Under the pieces are notes generated by a model that ran no database searches, had not been told where the DNA came from, and was given only the letters and a program-made list of their open reading frames with translations. From NCBI GenBank assembly GCA_934376955.1, contig CAKRPJ010000001.1, positions 21,396 to 85,395 of the forward strand: a stretch of 64,000 nucleotides of DNA, written 5' to 3'. Numbering within the stretch: the first letter of the stretch is position 1; each line of letters opens with the position of its first letter. The position numbers and the translations under genes are program-made. Positions 27,982 through 37,638 of this stretch are shown here, in pieces. The DNA is from an uncultured Lachnospiraceae bacterium (GTDB lineage Bacteria > Bacillota > Clostridia > Lachnospirales > Lachnospiraceae).

Positions 27982-29652
27982 TCAAACAAACAATACAATA
28001 TGGGCGTGGCACTTATCGCCATCGCTGTTCAGCTTCACGCGCCATTGGGTGTATGCTGTGGCTGTGTTCAAAGCCTGCTGCTTGTATACAGCCTGCAGTC
28101 CGCTTCCGCTGTCCCACACATCCGTCCAGTTGCTGCCATCGTTGCTGGCCTGTACCCACACTCGGTTAAGTCTGTTTTCTGTTCCGGTCTTACTCACACT
28201 GGCCACAACCCATGCGTGCTGGCAGCTGCCGGTCGTCACCACGTTACTGTAATGGTCGCCGGTGGTTGTATCCTTATCAATCGTTGCAATTCGGCTTCCG
28301 GCTTTACCAGTCAGGTCGGCAATGCTTTCGCCGTTCGCAATCTTATCTTCTGTGCAGCCAATCCCTTTGCGGAAATCGGCCAGGTTCACGCGCACTTCCG
28401 GTGCCCAAAAATTGCCGTCACTTTTGTATGCACCCTCGTCAATATTACGCAGCGCAAAATACTCGCTATCGGTTCCAAACCCCATGTCATGGGCAAAGCC
28501 ATAGCTGCGTCTGGTCAGGGTACCCTGCGTGCAGTTGCCGTTCTTATCAATAAACTTCTTGTCGCTGGCCACATCATTGGCGGTTGCCGCGTTGGTGGTA
28601 TCATCCTCCAACAGGGCTTTGGCCGCCGTGCTTGCGGTTCCCCACAGCCACATCACGTTATCGTAATAGCAGCCACTGTAAATATCGTTGGTTTTCTGGT
28701 TATCTGTGGCTACACACAGCCGGGTCACACCGTCCTTTTTCTGCACGGTCATCTTGGTGCTCTCGCGCTCGCCGCCCTGCAGCTGGGTCGTGGCAGAATA
28801 AGTCTTGATAGATCCTTTCACCAACTTACCATCTACCCAGGCAGTTTTTCCTTCCAAAATAGATTTTTCATCCGCAGTGCCCGGTGTATTGCTGTCCAGC
28901 CCGCTTGCGCTGATCGCACCGCCGCTGTAATAGCCGGCCTTGATCTGGTAGCTCTCGCCGTTGGCCAACTCTGCCGTTACATTGCCGTAATTTTGCATGG
29001 TGCCGGTTTTCAGGGTTTTGTTCTTGCTGTAAAATGTCTGTCCTGCCAGCACCTGGTCCGGCAAAGCAGTCGTGGCAGCCAGCTTGGAAGCCCCAATGCC
29101 GCTGCCATTAGTAAAATTTACAATGTTTCTCCTCGTATCGTACTGAAAAATCACCCACTGCCCAGCACCAATCGCACCGTCGCCCAGCTTCTCTGTGCCG
29201 CAGTAGGCGTTGCTGGTCATGTCTTTGCCATTGATCACCAGTCTGTGCCCGTCATTGAACGCCGTGGTAAAATATGCTTTGCCGTTAGCCGCGTTGCTGT
29301 AACTGCTACCGCTCTTGCATGTCAAGGTATGGGTCCCGCCGCTGTAACTGTAGCTATATTCATGGATCATCATGTCGGGGTCAAACTTGCCATCAATAAT
29401 GTAATTCACCGCTCCGGCATAGTGCTGTTCCAATGCAGTAATCGCATGTTTCACATGGTTAATGTCCGCCGCTTTAATAATGTATTTGCGCAGGCCGCTG
29501 TTCTGGTTCAGGTAATTGCTGGCCTCGGTGTACTTGCCGTCTGCCAGGTACTTGGTGTACTGGGCTGCCGCTGCGGCATGGCCGCTGTCCAGGTCGGCAT
29601 TGTCTTCAAACGTATCAATGCCTTCCGGGAACTTTGTGTAGGTATCTGCCAT
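27982..29652 (-). CDS. tail fibre-like protein (556 aa)
   Basis: Contains the same ILEGKTAWVDGKLVKGS fibre motif. RBS AGGAGAG. Confidence 0.6.
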   Translation of the reverse strand: MADTYTKFPEGIDTFEDNADLDSGHAAAAAQYTKYLADGKYTEASNYLNQNSGLRKYIIKAADINHVKHAITALEQHYAGAVNYIIDGKFDPDMMIHEYSYSYSGGTHTLTCKSGSSYSNAANGKAYFTTAFNDGHRLVINGKDMTSNAYCGTEKLGDGAIGAGQWVIFQYDTRRNIVNFTNGSGIGASKLAATTALPDQVLAGQTFYSKNKTLKTGTMQNYGNVTAELANGESYQIKAGYYSGGAISASGLDSNTPGTADEKSILEGKTAWVDGKLVKGSIKTYSATTQLQGGERESTKMTVQKKDGVTRLCVATDNQKTNDIYSGCYYDNVMWLWGTASTAAKALLEDDTTNAATANDVASDKKFIDKNGNCTQGTLTRRSYGFAHDMGFGTDSEYFALRNIDEGAYKSDGNFWAPEVRVNLADFRKGIGCTEDKIANGESIADLTGKAGSRIATIDKDTTTGDHYSNVVTTGSCQHAWVVASVSKTGTENRLNRVWVQASNDGSNWTDVWDSGSGLQAVYKQQALNTATAYTQWRVKLNSDGDKCHAHIVLFV

Positions 29653-29658
29653 TGCTTA

Positions 29659-31299
29659 TCACTCTCCTGTTTCATCTTTTACAGGGTACGGGTAATACGG
29701 GTAAAACCTCATCAGCGTCACATCCATCGTTCCCTGCCCCAAGCTCTTATCAATCTTTTTAATAATAAATTGCACGGCTGTCTTGCCGCCCATGTAACGC
29801 GGGCAGTATTCAACCTTGGTGTTCACATCCAGCCACGGTACCAGCAGCATCTTCACCGTAATGCTGTCGGTCAATCGCGCCCGTTTCCATAGCTCGTATT
29901 CGGCCACATCCAAAATGCCGTCATCTGTGGTGTAATTATCGTATTCACCGCCGCTCAAAACCACATTGCGCCGTCCAATTCGTTCAATGCTGAACGGGCT
30001 GTTCAAAAACTGGTCGTCCTCCTCATACCCTTCAATATCCGGGTTGGCGGTGCTCACAACCTCCAAATTCTGGCAGTTCTCGGTTTCTTTCAGCTTGTCC
30101 AGCTCTTCCTCGCTCGGTTTTGTATCTTTCAGCATCACCATGGCGTGCGGCTGTACCTGCCCATAAAAATAAAAGCGCCCTTTGCCGCCATTCTCATTTG
30201 GGGAATAATCGGCATCGTAGCGCACCACATATTGTACTTTTGGTTTCATGCAGTCCTGCTTGGCCTTTTTGTTGTTGCCGGCTTCATCTGTGCTGATGGT
30301 ATACAGGCTTAAAACATCGGTCACAACCGCATCGCTGCTCTCTGTTGCTTTGGCGCTGATCTTCATCTGGTACCCTTTGTCAGCATCGTACAGGTCGGTC
30401 ACATTGTCCGGCGGCGTAAACAAAATCAGCTTCTTACCGCTCAATGCCAACCCAACCACGTTTAATGTTATGGTTTTCTTTGTTGTGTCCACCACCAGGT
30501 CTGTGCAGCTCACATCCGGGCTTGCCGCAGCACCAAACACCTCTACGCAGTTTCGCACCTCGCTGTAATCCACCGTTGCGTCTTCGCTGATGATCAAATC
30601 ATTGAACACATCGGCATTCAGCACCAGCGGGTCATCCTCACAGCTTGGGATCTGCTGGCATTTGAACACATCATCCTCAAAAAATATTTCAAACGGGTAA
30701 TACAAATCCCGCAACTGTGTTAAAATTGTCCACACACTGGTCGCCGCATCAAACTCCTGGTCATAAGGGATTGTTCGGTTCCAATATTCTACAAATACTT
30801 TGTTGATCCCCACTTCCTGTAATAGCTCCACCATCGCCCTGCGGATTCCGCCCCCGGCCTTAAACACGGTCTTAATACCTGTTAGCTGTCCGGCCAACGT
30901 GTCATTCAGCATTGCTGTCAGATCCATACAGTTAATGGTCAGGCTCCGGGTCTGCGTGTCATAGTTGTATCCGTTCTGACTGAACACATATACCCCCTGG
31001 CTGTACCAGATAATATCGTCCAGCATCGGGGTCTTCACACCAATGTAAATCCAAACGTACTTGTTCATCCACTCGCTCTCGCTGTACTGGCTGATCGCAT
31101 GTTTTTCATCCAGCACAATGGTCGAAGTGTACGTTCGCCGGATGTCCGCATCTGCATCTACGGAAATTCTTCCCTCGGTCGTAATGCCCTGCAAACTGTC
31201 AATCGTCTTCATCCGGTCGTTCAGCAGGTCAATGCGGGTGTACAGCTCAATGTTATGGGAGTATAAGGTTCGTATGTCTTCTGTGCTTGGCACATACAT
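29659..31299 (-). CDS. putative tail-tip / tail-associated (Tal-like) protein
   Basis: Position and 546-aa size in the baseplate block. RBS GAAGGGAG. No catalytic motif identified. Confidence 0.5.
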   Translation of the reverse strand: MYVPSTEDIRTLYSHNIELYTRIDLLNDRMKTIDSLQGITTEGRISVDADADIRRTYTSTIVLDEKHAISQYSESEWMNKYVWIYIGVKTPMLDDIIWYSQGVYVFSQNGYNYDTQTRSLTINCMDLTAMLNDTLAGQLTGIKTVFKAGGGIRRAMVELLQEVGINKVFVEYWNRTIPYDQEFDAATSVWTILTQLRDLYYPFEIFFEDDVFKCQQIPSCEDDPLVLNADVFNDLIISEDATVDYSEVRNCVEVFGAAASPDVSCTDLVVDTTKKTITLNVVGLALSGKKLILFTPPDNVTDLYDADKGYQMKISAKATESSDAVVTDVLSLYTISTDEAGNNKKAKQDCMKPKVQYVVRYDADYSPNENGGKGRFYFYGQVQPHAMVMLKDTKPSEEELDKLKETENCQNLEVVSTANPDIEGYEEDDQFLNSPFSIERIGRRNVVLSGGEYDNYTTDDGILDVAEYELWKRARLTDSITVKMLLVPWLDVNTKVEYCPRYMGGKTAVQFIIKKIDKSLGQGTMDVTLMRFYPYYPYPVKDETGE

Positions 31300-31305
31300 C
31301 GCGCA

Positions 31306-32253
31306 TCAACTCCCTTCAATATCTTCTGCAATAAACCCGTTGCGGTACAAATCGGTGCTGCTCTCCAAGCTGCCAATCTCCACAAAATCAAACGCCACGG
31401 CAACCTTGTCATAATGGTCACTGTAGCTGACACTCGGCTGGTTAATAATGTTCGCCATCCAGCTGCGTCCGTCAAACAGCTTCAGGATCTTCGGCTTCTT
31501 GTTGGTACACCAGTCCACAAACTGCTTGCGGTACCGGGCACCGCCATCCCCGTCATAATCATCCGTGTCAAAACTGTATTTCAGCACAGTGGCCGTAAAA
31601 TTGCCCTGCTCATAGTTCAGGTCGCTACCGTAAATTACATACGGGTAACGGCTGCTCATAGTTTCCACCACACTGTTTGGCTGTGTTCTGGTCGTACTGG
31701 TCACGCTGGCATCAAATAACAGGTGATAACTAATGTCTCCGTCCGTCAGCACCGCACCGTCAAAGCTGCTCAAAATCTTGTTCGTGAACATGTCCTGCTC
31801 GGCATCGTCAATAATCGGCACAAACGCATATTCATACTCGGTGTTGCGCCCGTCTGCGTACCAATCAATGTGTACCCAGTTGTTCAGTTCTTTTTCCCAT
31901 TCCTTCAGGGTTTCATCATTCACCGGGGTTGGCCGGTGCTTGGTCGCCAGGGTGATCCAGTTGTAGGTTCCAACCCGGCGTCGTTTTAACCGCATCTCGC
32001 TGATCTGTTCTGCCCGGTAGCGCAGGTTGCCGCCCAGGGTATCACCGTTAAAGGCCGCATAAATGGCCGTCTGGGCCTGCCATCCATTGTCCAGATTGTA
32101 TTTGCCGTAATCCTTGTCAGCATCACGGCTTAACAGCAGGTCGTCATAAACACCGTTCTGCAGCTTCAGCACATTCAGCGCTTCATTATAGGGTGGGTAT
32201 GGCAAAATCGCATTCTGTCCCATCAAAATATCGGCTCCCACAATCATTTCCAC
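31306..32253 (-). CDS. putative distal-tail (Dit-like) / baseplate protein
   Basis: Position and 315-aa size. RBS AAAGGAGGGG. Confidence 0.5.
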   Translation of the reverse strand: MEMIVGADILMGQNAILPYPPYNEALNVLKLQNGVYDDLLLSRDADKDYGKYNLDNGWQAQTAIYAAFNGDTLGGNLRYRAEQISEMRLKRRRVGTYNWITLATKHRPTPVNDETLKEWEKELNNWVHIDWYADGRNTEYEYAFVPIIDDAEQDMFTNKILSSFDGAVLTDGDISYHLLFDASVTSTTRTQPNSVVETMSSRYPYVIYGSDLNYEQGNFTATVLKYSFDTDDYDGDGGARYRKQFVDWCTNKKPKILKLFDGRSWMANIINQPSVSYSDHYDKVAVAFDFVEIGSLESSTDLYRNGFIAEDIEGS

Positions 32254-32262
32254 ACCCCTCCT

Positions 32263-33462
32263 TTACTCCCAGTGCAGTTCAAACAGGCCGCCCTGGTTTT
32301 TCAAATACACCTTAAACCAACCACTTGGCGCACTGGTTTTTACATTGCTCTGCAAACAGTATCCGCCGCAGGTCAGTTCCAGGTAATAACATGTTTTCTT
32401 TTCGTTCGTCTGGTAGTTGTAGGCATTGCTGCTGTAATCGTCCGCAATGTCGCGGCGGCACAAAAACAACTTCAAAGCATACGGATCTTCGTCCATTGTC
32501 GGCATACTGATCCCGTTGCTTCGCTTGTTCCATAGCCCAATCAGCAGCTTGTTCCAGCGGTCGCTTCTCATATTCAACCCCAGGGCATAACTGCTATCCA
32601 CCACGCTTCCTTCTTCCACATGGCTACCCTGTACCTTAAATCCGTCTTTGAACGTCATGTCGGCCTTAACCGGGTCGGTGTCGTCCACCGTCAGGTCTAC
32701 TGCTTGGTCCCCGGCCGATCCGCTCACATAGTGGTAGTCATCTTTGTTATCGTTGCGGTCCTTGCCCTCAATCGTCACAACATAAGATTTCACCCAAATG
32801 CAGCCCTCTTCATAATGGTTTTCCAGCGCCACAGCCGCATAGCCGTCACCGCCCACATAGCCAATCAGCAGCTCACAAAATCCAGTATCCAGCTTCATGC
32901 CGTGCTGGGTAATGCCCTGTGCTCTGGCGTAATAAGTCGTGTCGTTGCGTAAGTTGTTGATAATATACGCCTTGTCCGGCATCCGTAGTGTCTCGCTGCT
33001 CTTCACCAGGCTCTTGCTGGCATCATACAGTTCAATCGTATATTCGTTCAGCTCTTCGCCCTGGGTGCTCTCGTATTGCACTGTAAACTCAAAAGCACTG
33101 TATTCAATGTTGGTTTTGTCCTTGGTGCTGATCTCTTTGAACTTAAATACCGGTGTCTCCACACAATAAAACAGCAAGATGTCGCTCCATTCGCTCCACG
33201 CACTGTCCTGGCCGCACACCCGTACCTTAATGCCAAACGCCGCGCTGCTGTTTGTAATGCTGCTGGCCTTCAAAGTAAACTCGGATCTCTGGGTACTCAC
33301 CTCACCGCTTTGGTAAGTTGGGCTGCCCAGTTCCTCTGCACTCATGGCATTGGCCCAAATTTGCGCCTCCACTTTGGTAATCACACCAATGTATCGGAAC
33401 CGGAATGTATAATCTTTTGTCGCATCAAATGCTGATACGGTATATAATGCTGGTTTGCTCAT
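32263..33462 (-). CDS. hypothetical baseplate/structural protein (start MSKPALYTV)
   Basis: RBS GGCGGGAGG before the internal ATG. Confidence 0.5.
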   Translation of the reverse strand: MSKPALYTVSAFDATKDYTFRFRYIGVITKVEAQIWANAMSAEELGSPTYQSGEVSTQRSEFTLKASSITNSSAAFGIKVRVCGQDSAWSEWSDILLFYCVETPVFKFKEISTKDKTNIEYSAFEFTVQYESTQGEELNEYTIELYDASKSLVKSSETLRMPDKAYIINNLRNDTTYYARAQGITQHGMKLDTGFCELLIGYVGGDGYAAVALENHYEEGCIWVKSYVVTIEGKDRNDNKDDYHYVSGSAGDQAVDLTVDDTDPVKADMTFKDGFKVQGSHVEEGSVVDSSYALGLNMRSDRWNKLLIGLWNKRSNGISMPTMDEDPYALKLFLCRRDIADDYSSNAYNYQTNEKKTCYYLELTCGGYCLQSNVKTSAPSGWFKVYLKNQGGLFELHWE

Positions 33463-33561
33463 CCTCCCGCCACTCCCCTCCCTCTCTAAATAACAAAAGC
33501 CGCCCAACCAATCAAGATCAGGCGGTTATTCTTATTTTTCAATAACGCTATTAGCTTATAT

Positions 33562-33807
33562 TTATTTTACGCTTTCTTCCGGCTTATCCTCTGCTGCATC
33601 AACCGGTGTTTCCACGGCCTTTTCTGCCGCAGCCTTCTTAGCCGCTTCCATCTCTTCCTGTATCGCGCTCTTGCGGATATTCTGCACATCACGCAGTAAA
33701 CTCTCCAAAATCAACTCCACTGCATACGGCGGCAACCCAACCTGGTTCACACCGTCACAAATGTAAGTCTTCAACTGTTCACATTTCAAATTAAAATTCT
33801 CCATCAT
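33562..33807 (-). CDS. hypothetical protein (81 aa)
   Basis: RBS GAGGAG. Confidence 0.45.
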   Translation of the reverse strand: MMENFNLKCEQLKTYICDGVNQVGLPPYAVELILESLLRDVQNIRKSAIQEEMEAAKKAAAEKAVETPVDAAEDKPEESVK

Positions 33808-33825
33808 AAAATCTCCTCATCAAAA

Positions 33826-35931
33826 TTAAACCAAAATGCCGCCAATAAATCGCAGCCCATGCTGTTTCAGCTTTACATCGGTCACATAACCCTGCGCATT
33901 TTTTACAAGCTCAATTCCGTATACAAACGGTACGGCCTGGGTGTTTGCGTCAAGAGTGGTTACTTCTTTGCTGCCGTCCCAGCCAAGTGTCTGTCCGCCC
34001 CAGTTGGTGGTGCCATCATAAACATAAAAAGATGGAACAGATTTATCGGTTGGCTTATAAAGTTGTAAAGATCCCTTTGCTTGCGTCGTTGGTGTATCAA
34101 AGATAACCATATATTGAGAACTCAACATAAGTTGGTGGTCGGAATTTCCAGATGTAGCTTCACTATAAATTCCAGGCATTGTGCCACTACCATCATCCGT
34201 AAAATTTACACTTCGACAATTATGAACATCTCCGTACAGCCCAGAAAGACCGATAGACGCACCTTCACTTCCATCGCTTCCTACAAACTTTAATTCGTCA
34301 ATGTTAAGCTCTGAATACCCTTTTGAAATTTCATTATATTCATTAGCCAGAATTAAATATGGCATACCGTTTTCAGAACAATCCAATGTTAATCGTTGAT
34401 TCATATTATTGATTAAGGTAAGTCCGCCATTTTTTAACGTAGTTGTAATTGTTTTATTCTCATTTGTTGTTGTCAAACTACCATCTGCTAAATTGAACAT
34501 AATACTTTGGTCAGATGACATCAGCGTACCAGTAGAGATAAAATCAGCACTAAAATAAAGGTTGCCAGTGTCTTCGTCAATAAAAATACCTTTGGCTGCA
34601 CCATTGTTCGTCAGTCGGTTAAAGATATCTTTCTGTGTCAGCTTCTTATCAACCGCATCAATCACTTCGTCCTTGTTCGTGTAATTGTCTTTCTTGCCCC
34701 AATCGCCGGCATCATATGCCTCGCCTTTTGCCTTGGGTTTTCCACAAACAAGCACTTCTGCCCCCGTGTACCACAAATCACCTTCGTCATACGGCGGGTC
34801 GGGGTGTTCGTCCTTGCTGGCATCTGCCGTAAACACACGCCGCTTTCCATCCGCCGTATCCTGTGCCTTGCTGGCCGCCTCAAGTGCATTGGTTACATCC
34901 TTGTCCTGTACCAGCTCCCACTTGTAGCTGCCATCGTCATCTTTCATAAATCGGTATGCTTTGCCTGTCTCAGTGTTATAAAACAGGTCATCCACATGTT
35001 TTTCTTTTTCTTCATCTGTCGTCCAGCTCTTGGCCGGCTCGTTATCCAGCGTAGGGTCATAGGCGTAAAAATACTGCTCGGCCTTGCTGTCAATCTGGTC
35101 CTGCATATCTTTCGTTACACCATCCACATAATCTTTCACTTCATCTTTGCTGGCGTAACTATCCTTTTTTACCCAGTCGCTGGCATTATATTTGTCACTG
35201 GCCGTGCGTGCTACCGTACAAACCAGAATGTCTTCTCCATTAAACCACAAATCGCCCGTGTCATACGGCGGCTCCGGGTGTTCCCCCTTGCTGGCATCGG
35301 CCGTAAATACCTGGCGCTTACCATCTCCGGTGTCTTGTGCCTTGCTTGCGGCTTCCAGCGCATCCAGCGTTTCCTTATCTGTCACTTCTACCCAGCTGCC
35401 GGTTTTTGTTTCTTCGTTGTATGTCCACTGCCAGCCTTTCTTGCTGTCGGTGTTATAAAACAAATCGCCGTTGTGCGCTTTCTTTGTGGTGTCGTCTTTC
35501 CAGCTCATAGCAGGCCAGTTCTCAAGCGTTGGGTCATAGTTATAAAAATACTGTTCAACCTTGCCGTCCACCTGTTCCTGCAGCTTGTCAACCTTATTCA
35601 CATAATCTTTCAGGTCTTCCTCAACCTTGTCCTGCTTCAACAGGTTCCGGTCAATTTCATACGGCTTAATGTACAGCCGCTTAAAGTCATTCTGCGGGGC
35701 AATCACAGCCACAGCATCGTTCACCTGGAACAGCGCATTACTTGCAATGGTGTATTCCTTGCCAAAAGCCGCCACCACATAGCCGCTGTGGTCGTCCAGC
35801 ACCTTCACAATTGTGCCAACAGCCGTGCGGTCAAACTTGGCATTGCTAATCAGTCTCTCGCAGTAACGCTTCACCTCTTTTGCCAGGTCTTTCAGCCCCG
35901 CAATGGCATCATCCAATGTGTTCTTCGCCAT
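33826..35931 (-). CDS. structural protein with two ~140-aa internal repeats (start MAKNTLDD)
   Basis: Two repeats EQYFY.YDPTL.N.PA.SW...LFYNT......ALEAASKAQDT.DGKR.VFTADASK.EHP.PPYD.GDLW. RBS TTGGAGGAAAAG. Has its own promoter-proximal position after an upstream terminator. Confidence 0.55.
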   Translation of the reverse strand: MAKNTLDDAIAGLKDLAKEVKRYCERLISNAKFDRTAVGTIVKVLDDHSGYVVAAFGKEYTIASNALFQVNDAVAVIAPQNDFKRLYIKPYEIDRNLLKQDKVEEDLKDYVNKVDKLQEQVDGKVEQYFYNYDPTLENWPAMSWKDDTTKKAHNGDLFYNTDSKKGWQWTYNEETKTGSWVEVTDKETLDALEAASKAQDTGDGKRQVFTADASKGEHPEPPYDTGDLWFNGEDILVCTVARTASDKYNASDWVKKDSYASKDEVKDYVDGVTKDMQDQIDSKAEQYFYAYDPTLDNEPAKSWTTDEEKEKHVDDLFYNTETGKAYRFMKDDDGSYKWELVQDKDVTNALEAASKAQDTADGKRRVFTADASKDEHPDPPYDEGDLWYTGAEVLVCGKPKAKGEAYDAGDWGKKDNYTNKDEVIDAVDKKLTQKDIFNRLTNNGAAKGIFIDEDTGNLYFSADFISTGTLMSSDQSIMFNLADGSLTTTNENKTITTTLKNGGLTLINNMNQRLTLDCSENGMPYLILANEYNEISKGYSELNIDELKFVGSDGSEGASIGLSGLYGDVHNCRSVNFTDDGSGTMPGIYSEATSGNSDHQLMLSSQYMVIFDTPTTQAKGSLQLYKPTDKSVPSFYVYDGTTNWGGQTLGWDGSKEVTTLDANTQAVPFVYGIELVKNAQGYVTDVKLKQHGLRFIGGILV

Positions 35932-35941
35932 AGCTTTTCCT

Positions 35942-35978
35942 CCAAAATAAAAAAAACCGGGCAGCCACATAGGCCACC
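35942..35978 (-). terminator. rho-independent terminator after membrane protein A (CCGGGTGGCC..GGCTGCCCGG + T8 on the - strand)
   Basis: Imperfect GC stem followed by 8 T. Confidence 0.5.
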
Positions 35979-35997
35979 CGGTATATCGTCATCGGTA

Positions 35998-36561
35998 TTA
36001 TCGCTTAAACCAATATTTCTTTACATCTGATTTTTCATCATAACAAAGCTCAACGTATTTAATTTCTCCTCTGGGAATCATAACAATTCGGTCATCCATT
36101 GTTGTAAGGACATTACCCTCTTTATCTAAAACATCATATCCAGATAAAAGTAATACGTTCTTTTTATCATCCATTCCAACATAAGAACCACTAAAATCGT
36201 TCTCGCAGTCTGTATAGACTACCATATTGGTTCCACGTTTATAGTCAATAACATCTTCCCACACGCTATCGCTTGGGGACCATTTGAACAGCTTATGCAA
36301 TACTTGCTTAATTTTCACGTTCCTGCGCAGAACAGAAAGAACGGCACCAAGAACACAGGCCACAATGTACTGTAACTTCTTGGTTGGTACCACCTGCATA
36401 AGCAGAAAACTAATTACCACAGAATAAACCAGGTAATGTTGAGGCAACTGTTTGTCAAGCAGCCGGTTATAAATCCATAACATCAATAAACCAGGCACCA
36501 CATACTGCAAAATAGCAGGAATCATGGCAACTAGCTCGTTTAAGTATTGTGTTATTTCCAT
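35998..36561 (-). CDS. 3-TM membrane protein, paralog A (cassette gene 4)
   Basis: Shares with 42814..43371 the motifs Y(V/I)VPG(L/F)(L/I)(M/F)LWIY.RL.DK(Q/K)LP(Q/E)HY and SPS(D/K)(S/T)V(W/F).DVIDY(K/E)(R/K)GT. Confidence 0.6.
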   Translation of the reverse strand: MEITQYLNELVAMIPAILQYVVPGLLMLWIYNRLLDKQLPQHYLVYSVVISFLLMQVVPTKKLQYIVACVLGAVLSVLRRNVKIKQVLHKLFKWSPSDSVWEDVIDYKRGTNMVVYTDCENDFSGSYVGMDDKKNVLLLSGYDVLDKEGNVLTTMDDRIVMIPRGEIKYVELCYDEKSDVKKYWFKR

Positions 36562-36680
36562 CACTTATTTTCCTTTTTGTCCTCTGCTTTTTTCCAAGAG
36601 GAGCTATTTTTATTGTTCTTGGCTTCCGGGTTAAAAGTAAACTCCGTGTTCGGTTTGTTTTGGCTCTCAGTCTTTGCCAT
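36561..36680 (-). CDS. 39-aa lysine-rich peptide MAKTESQNKPNTEFTFNPEAKNNKNSSSWKKAEDKKENK, stop overlaps the start of membrane protein A (TGATG)
   Basis: Own reading. Analogous peptide precedes membrane paralog B. Below the ORF-table size cutoff. Confidence 0.3.
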   Translation of the reverse strand: MAKTESQNKPNTEFTFNPEAKNNKNSSSWKKAEDKKENK

Positions 36681-36803
36681 CGGTATAACACTTCCTACTT
36701 TATTATAATAGGGTCATTATACCATATCGCATAATCCAACTCCAAGCAGATTTTCAAACAATAAAAAGCACCGAGAAGTAATTGCTCCCCGGTGTATCGT
36801 CAT

Positions 36804-37253
36804 TTATTCAAATTTTTCGTTTTCATGACTATCTCTAAAGTCTATCGGCTCACTCGTAGGCGGATACCGAAAAGTAAACACATATTTGTCATCGTAATGG
36901 GTAAACGCGAATTCACCCTTTCCTAAAATATCCATTCCGATTAAAATATCTTCATCGTTACTACCGGTAATAAATTCAGGCATAAAGCGTTCAGCAGCTT
37001 TCATCCGGTGCTCAATAATAAGCCCGGCACGGTACACTTTTACACCTTCCTGCCTACCAGCGGCAGTGTTCGCATCACTAAGTAATACAGGTTTTAGCTC
37101 TGCCTTTTCTGCCAACCGTTTAGAAATACTGGTATATGTCGCCCCAGTGTCAACAACCGCTCTTACAGGATATGTTTTGCCATTAGCCAAAACTTCTACA
37201 TTCAGAACAATACTATTTTGCTCTAACTCTTTTATTGCGGTAAACGGCGGCAT
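36804..37253 (-). CDS. retropepsin-like (clan AA) aspartic peptidase, paralog A
   Basis: VVDTGATYTSIS catalytic DTGA motif plus ILIGMDIL flap/C-terminal motif. RBS AAGGATG. Confidence 0.7.
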   Translation of the reverse strand: MPPFTAIKELEQNSIVLNVEVLANGKTYPVRAVVDTGATYTSISKRLAEKAELKPVLLSDANTAAGRQEGVKVYRAGLIIEHRMKAAERFMPEFITGSNDEDILIGMDILGKGEFAFTHYDDKYVFTFRYPPTSEPIDFRDSHENEKFE

Positions 37254-37265
37254 AACTACACATCC

Positions 37266-37532
37266 TTAAAAAAAGCATTTTCGTTGCCGATAATAAGGAT
37301 AATTTCCAAAACACGGTTGAGTTAAACAATTTTCGTCGCCAAGTATCGGCATTGCTGCCACTGCACAATCTAACCAAGTGTCACCTGTGCAAACAATGGC
37401 CTGATTTTTAATTGTAACCCAGCAGTTATATTTCTTTTTTAGTTCTGCAAAATTAGCTTTATACCATTCCCAGTCTTTTTGCAAAGCCTTATCCTCAAAC
37501 ACCGGTTTTTCACATGATACCACAGTCTGCAT
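37266..37532 (-). CDS. small Trp/Cys-containing protein, paralog A of the 91-aa protein at 45861..46136
   Basis: Shared pattern W(Y/I)..(N/H)...L...Y.....V.(I/V)K(N/D)..IV..G.D. RBS GAGGTTGA. Confidence 0.5.
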   Translation of the reverse strand: MQTVVSCEKPVFEDKALQKDWEWYKANFAELKKKYNCWVTIKNQAIVCTGDTWLDCAVAAMPILGDENCLTQPCFGNYPYYRQRKCFF

Positions 37533-37638
37533 TCAAATTCAACCTCGCAATCTTACTGGTTTTCAACTTTCTACCTTATTATATAAGGGACCTAACCGCT
37601 GATTTCTCTCGGTTGGTTTCCCTCTGTCCTATTTGTAA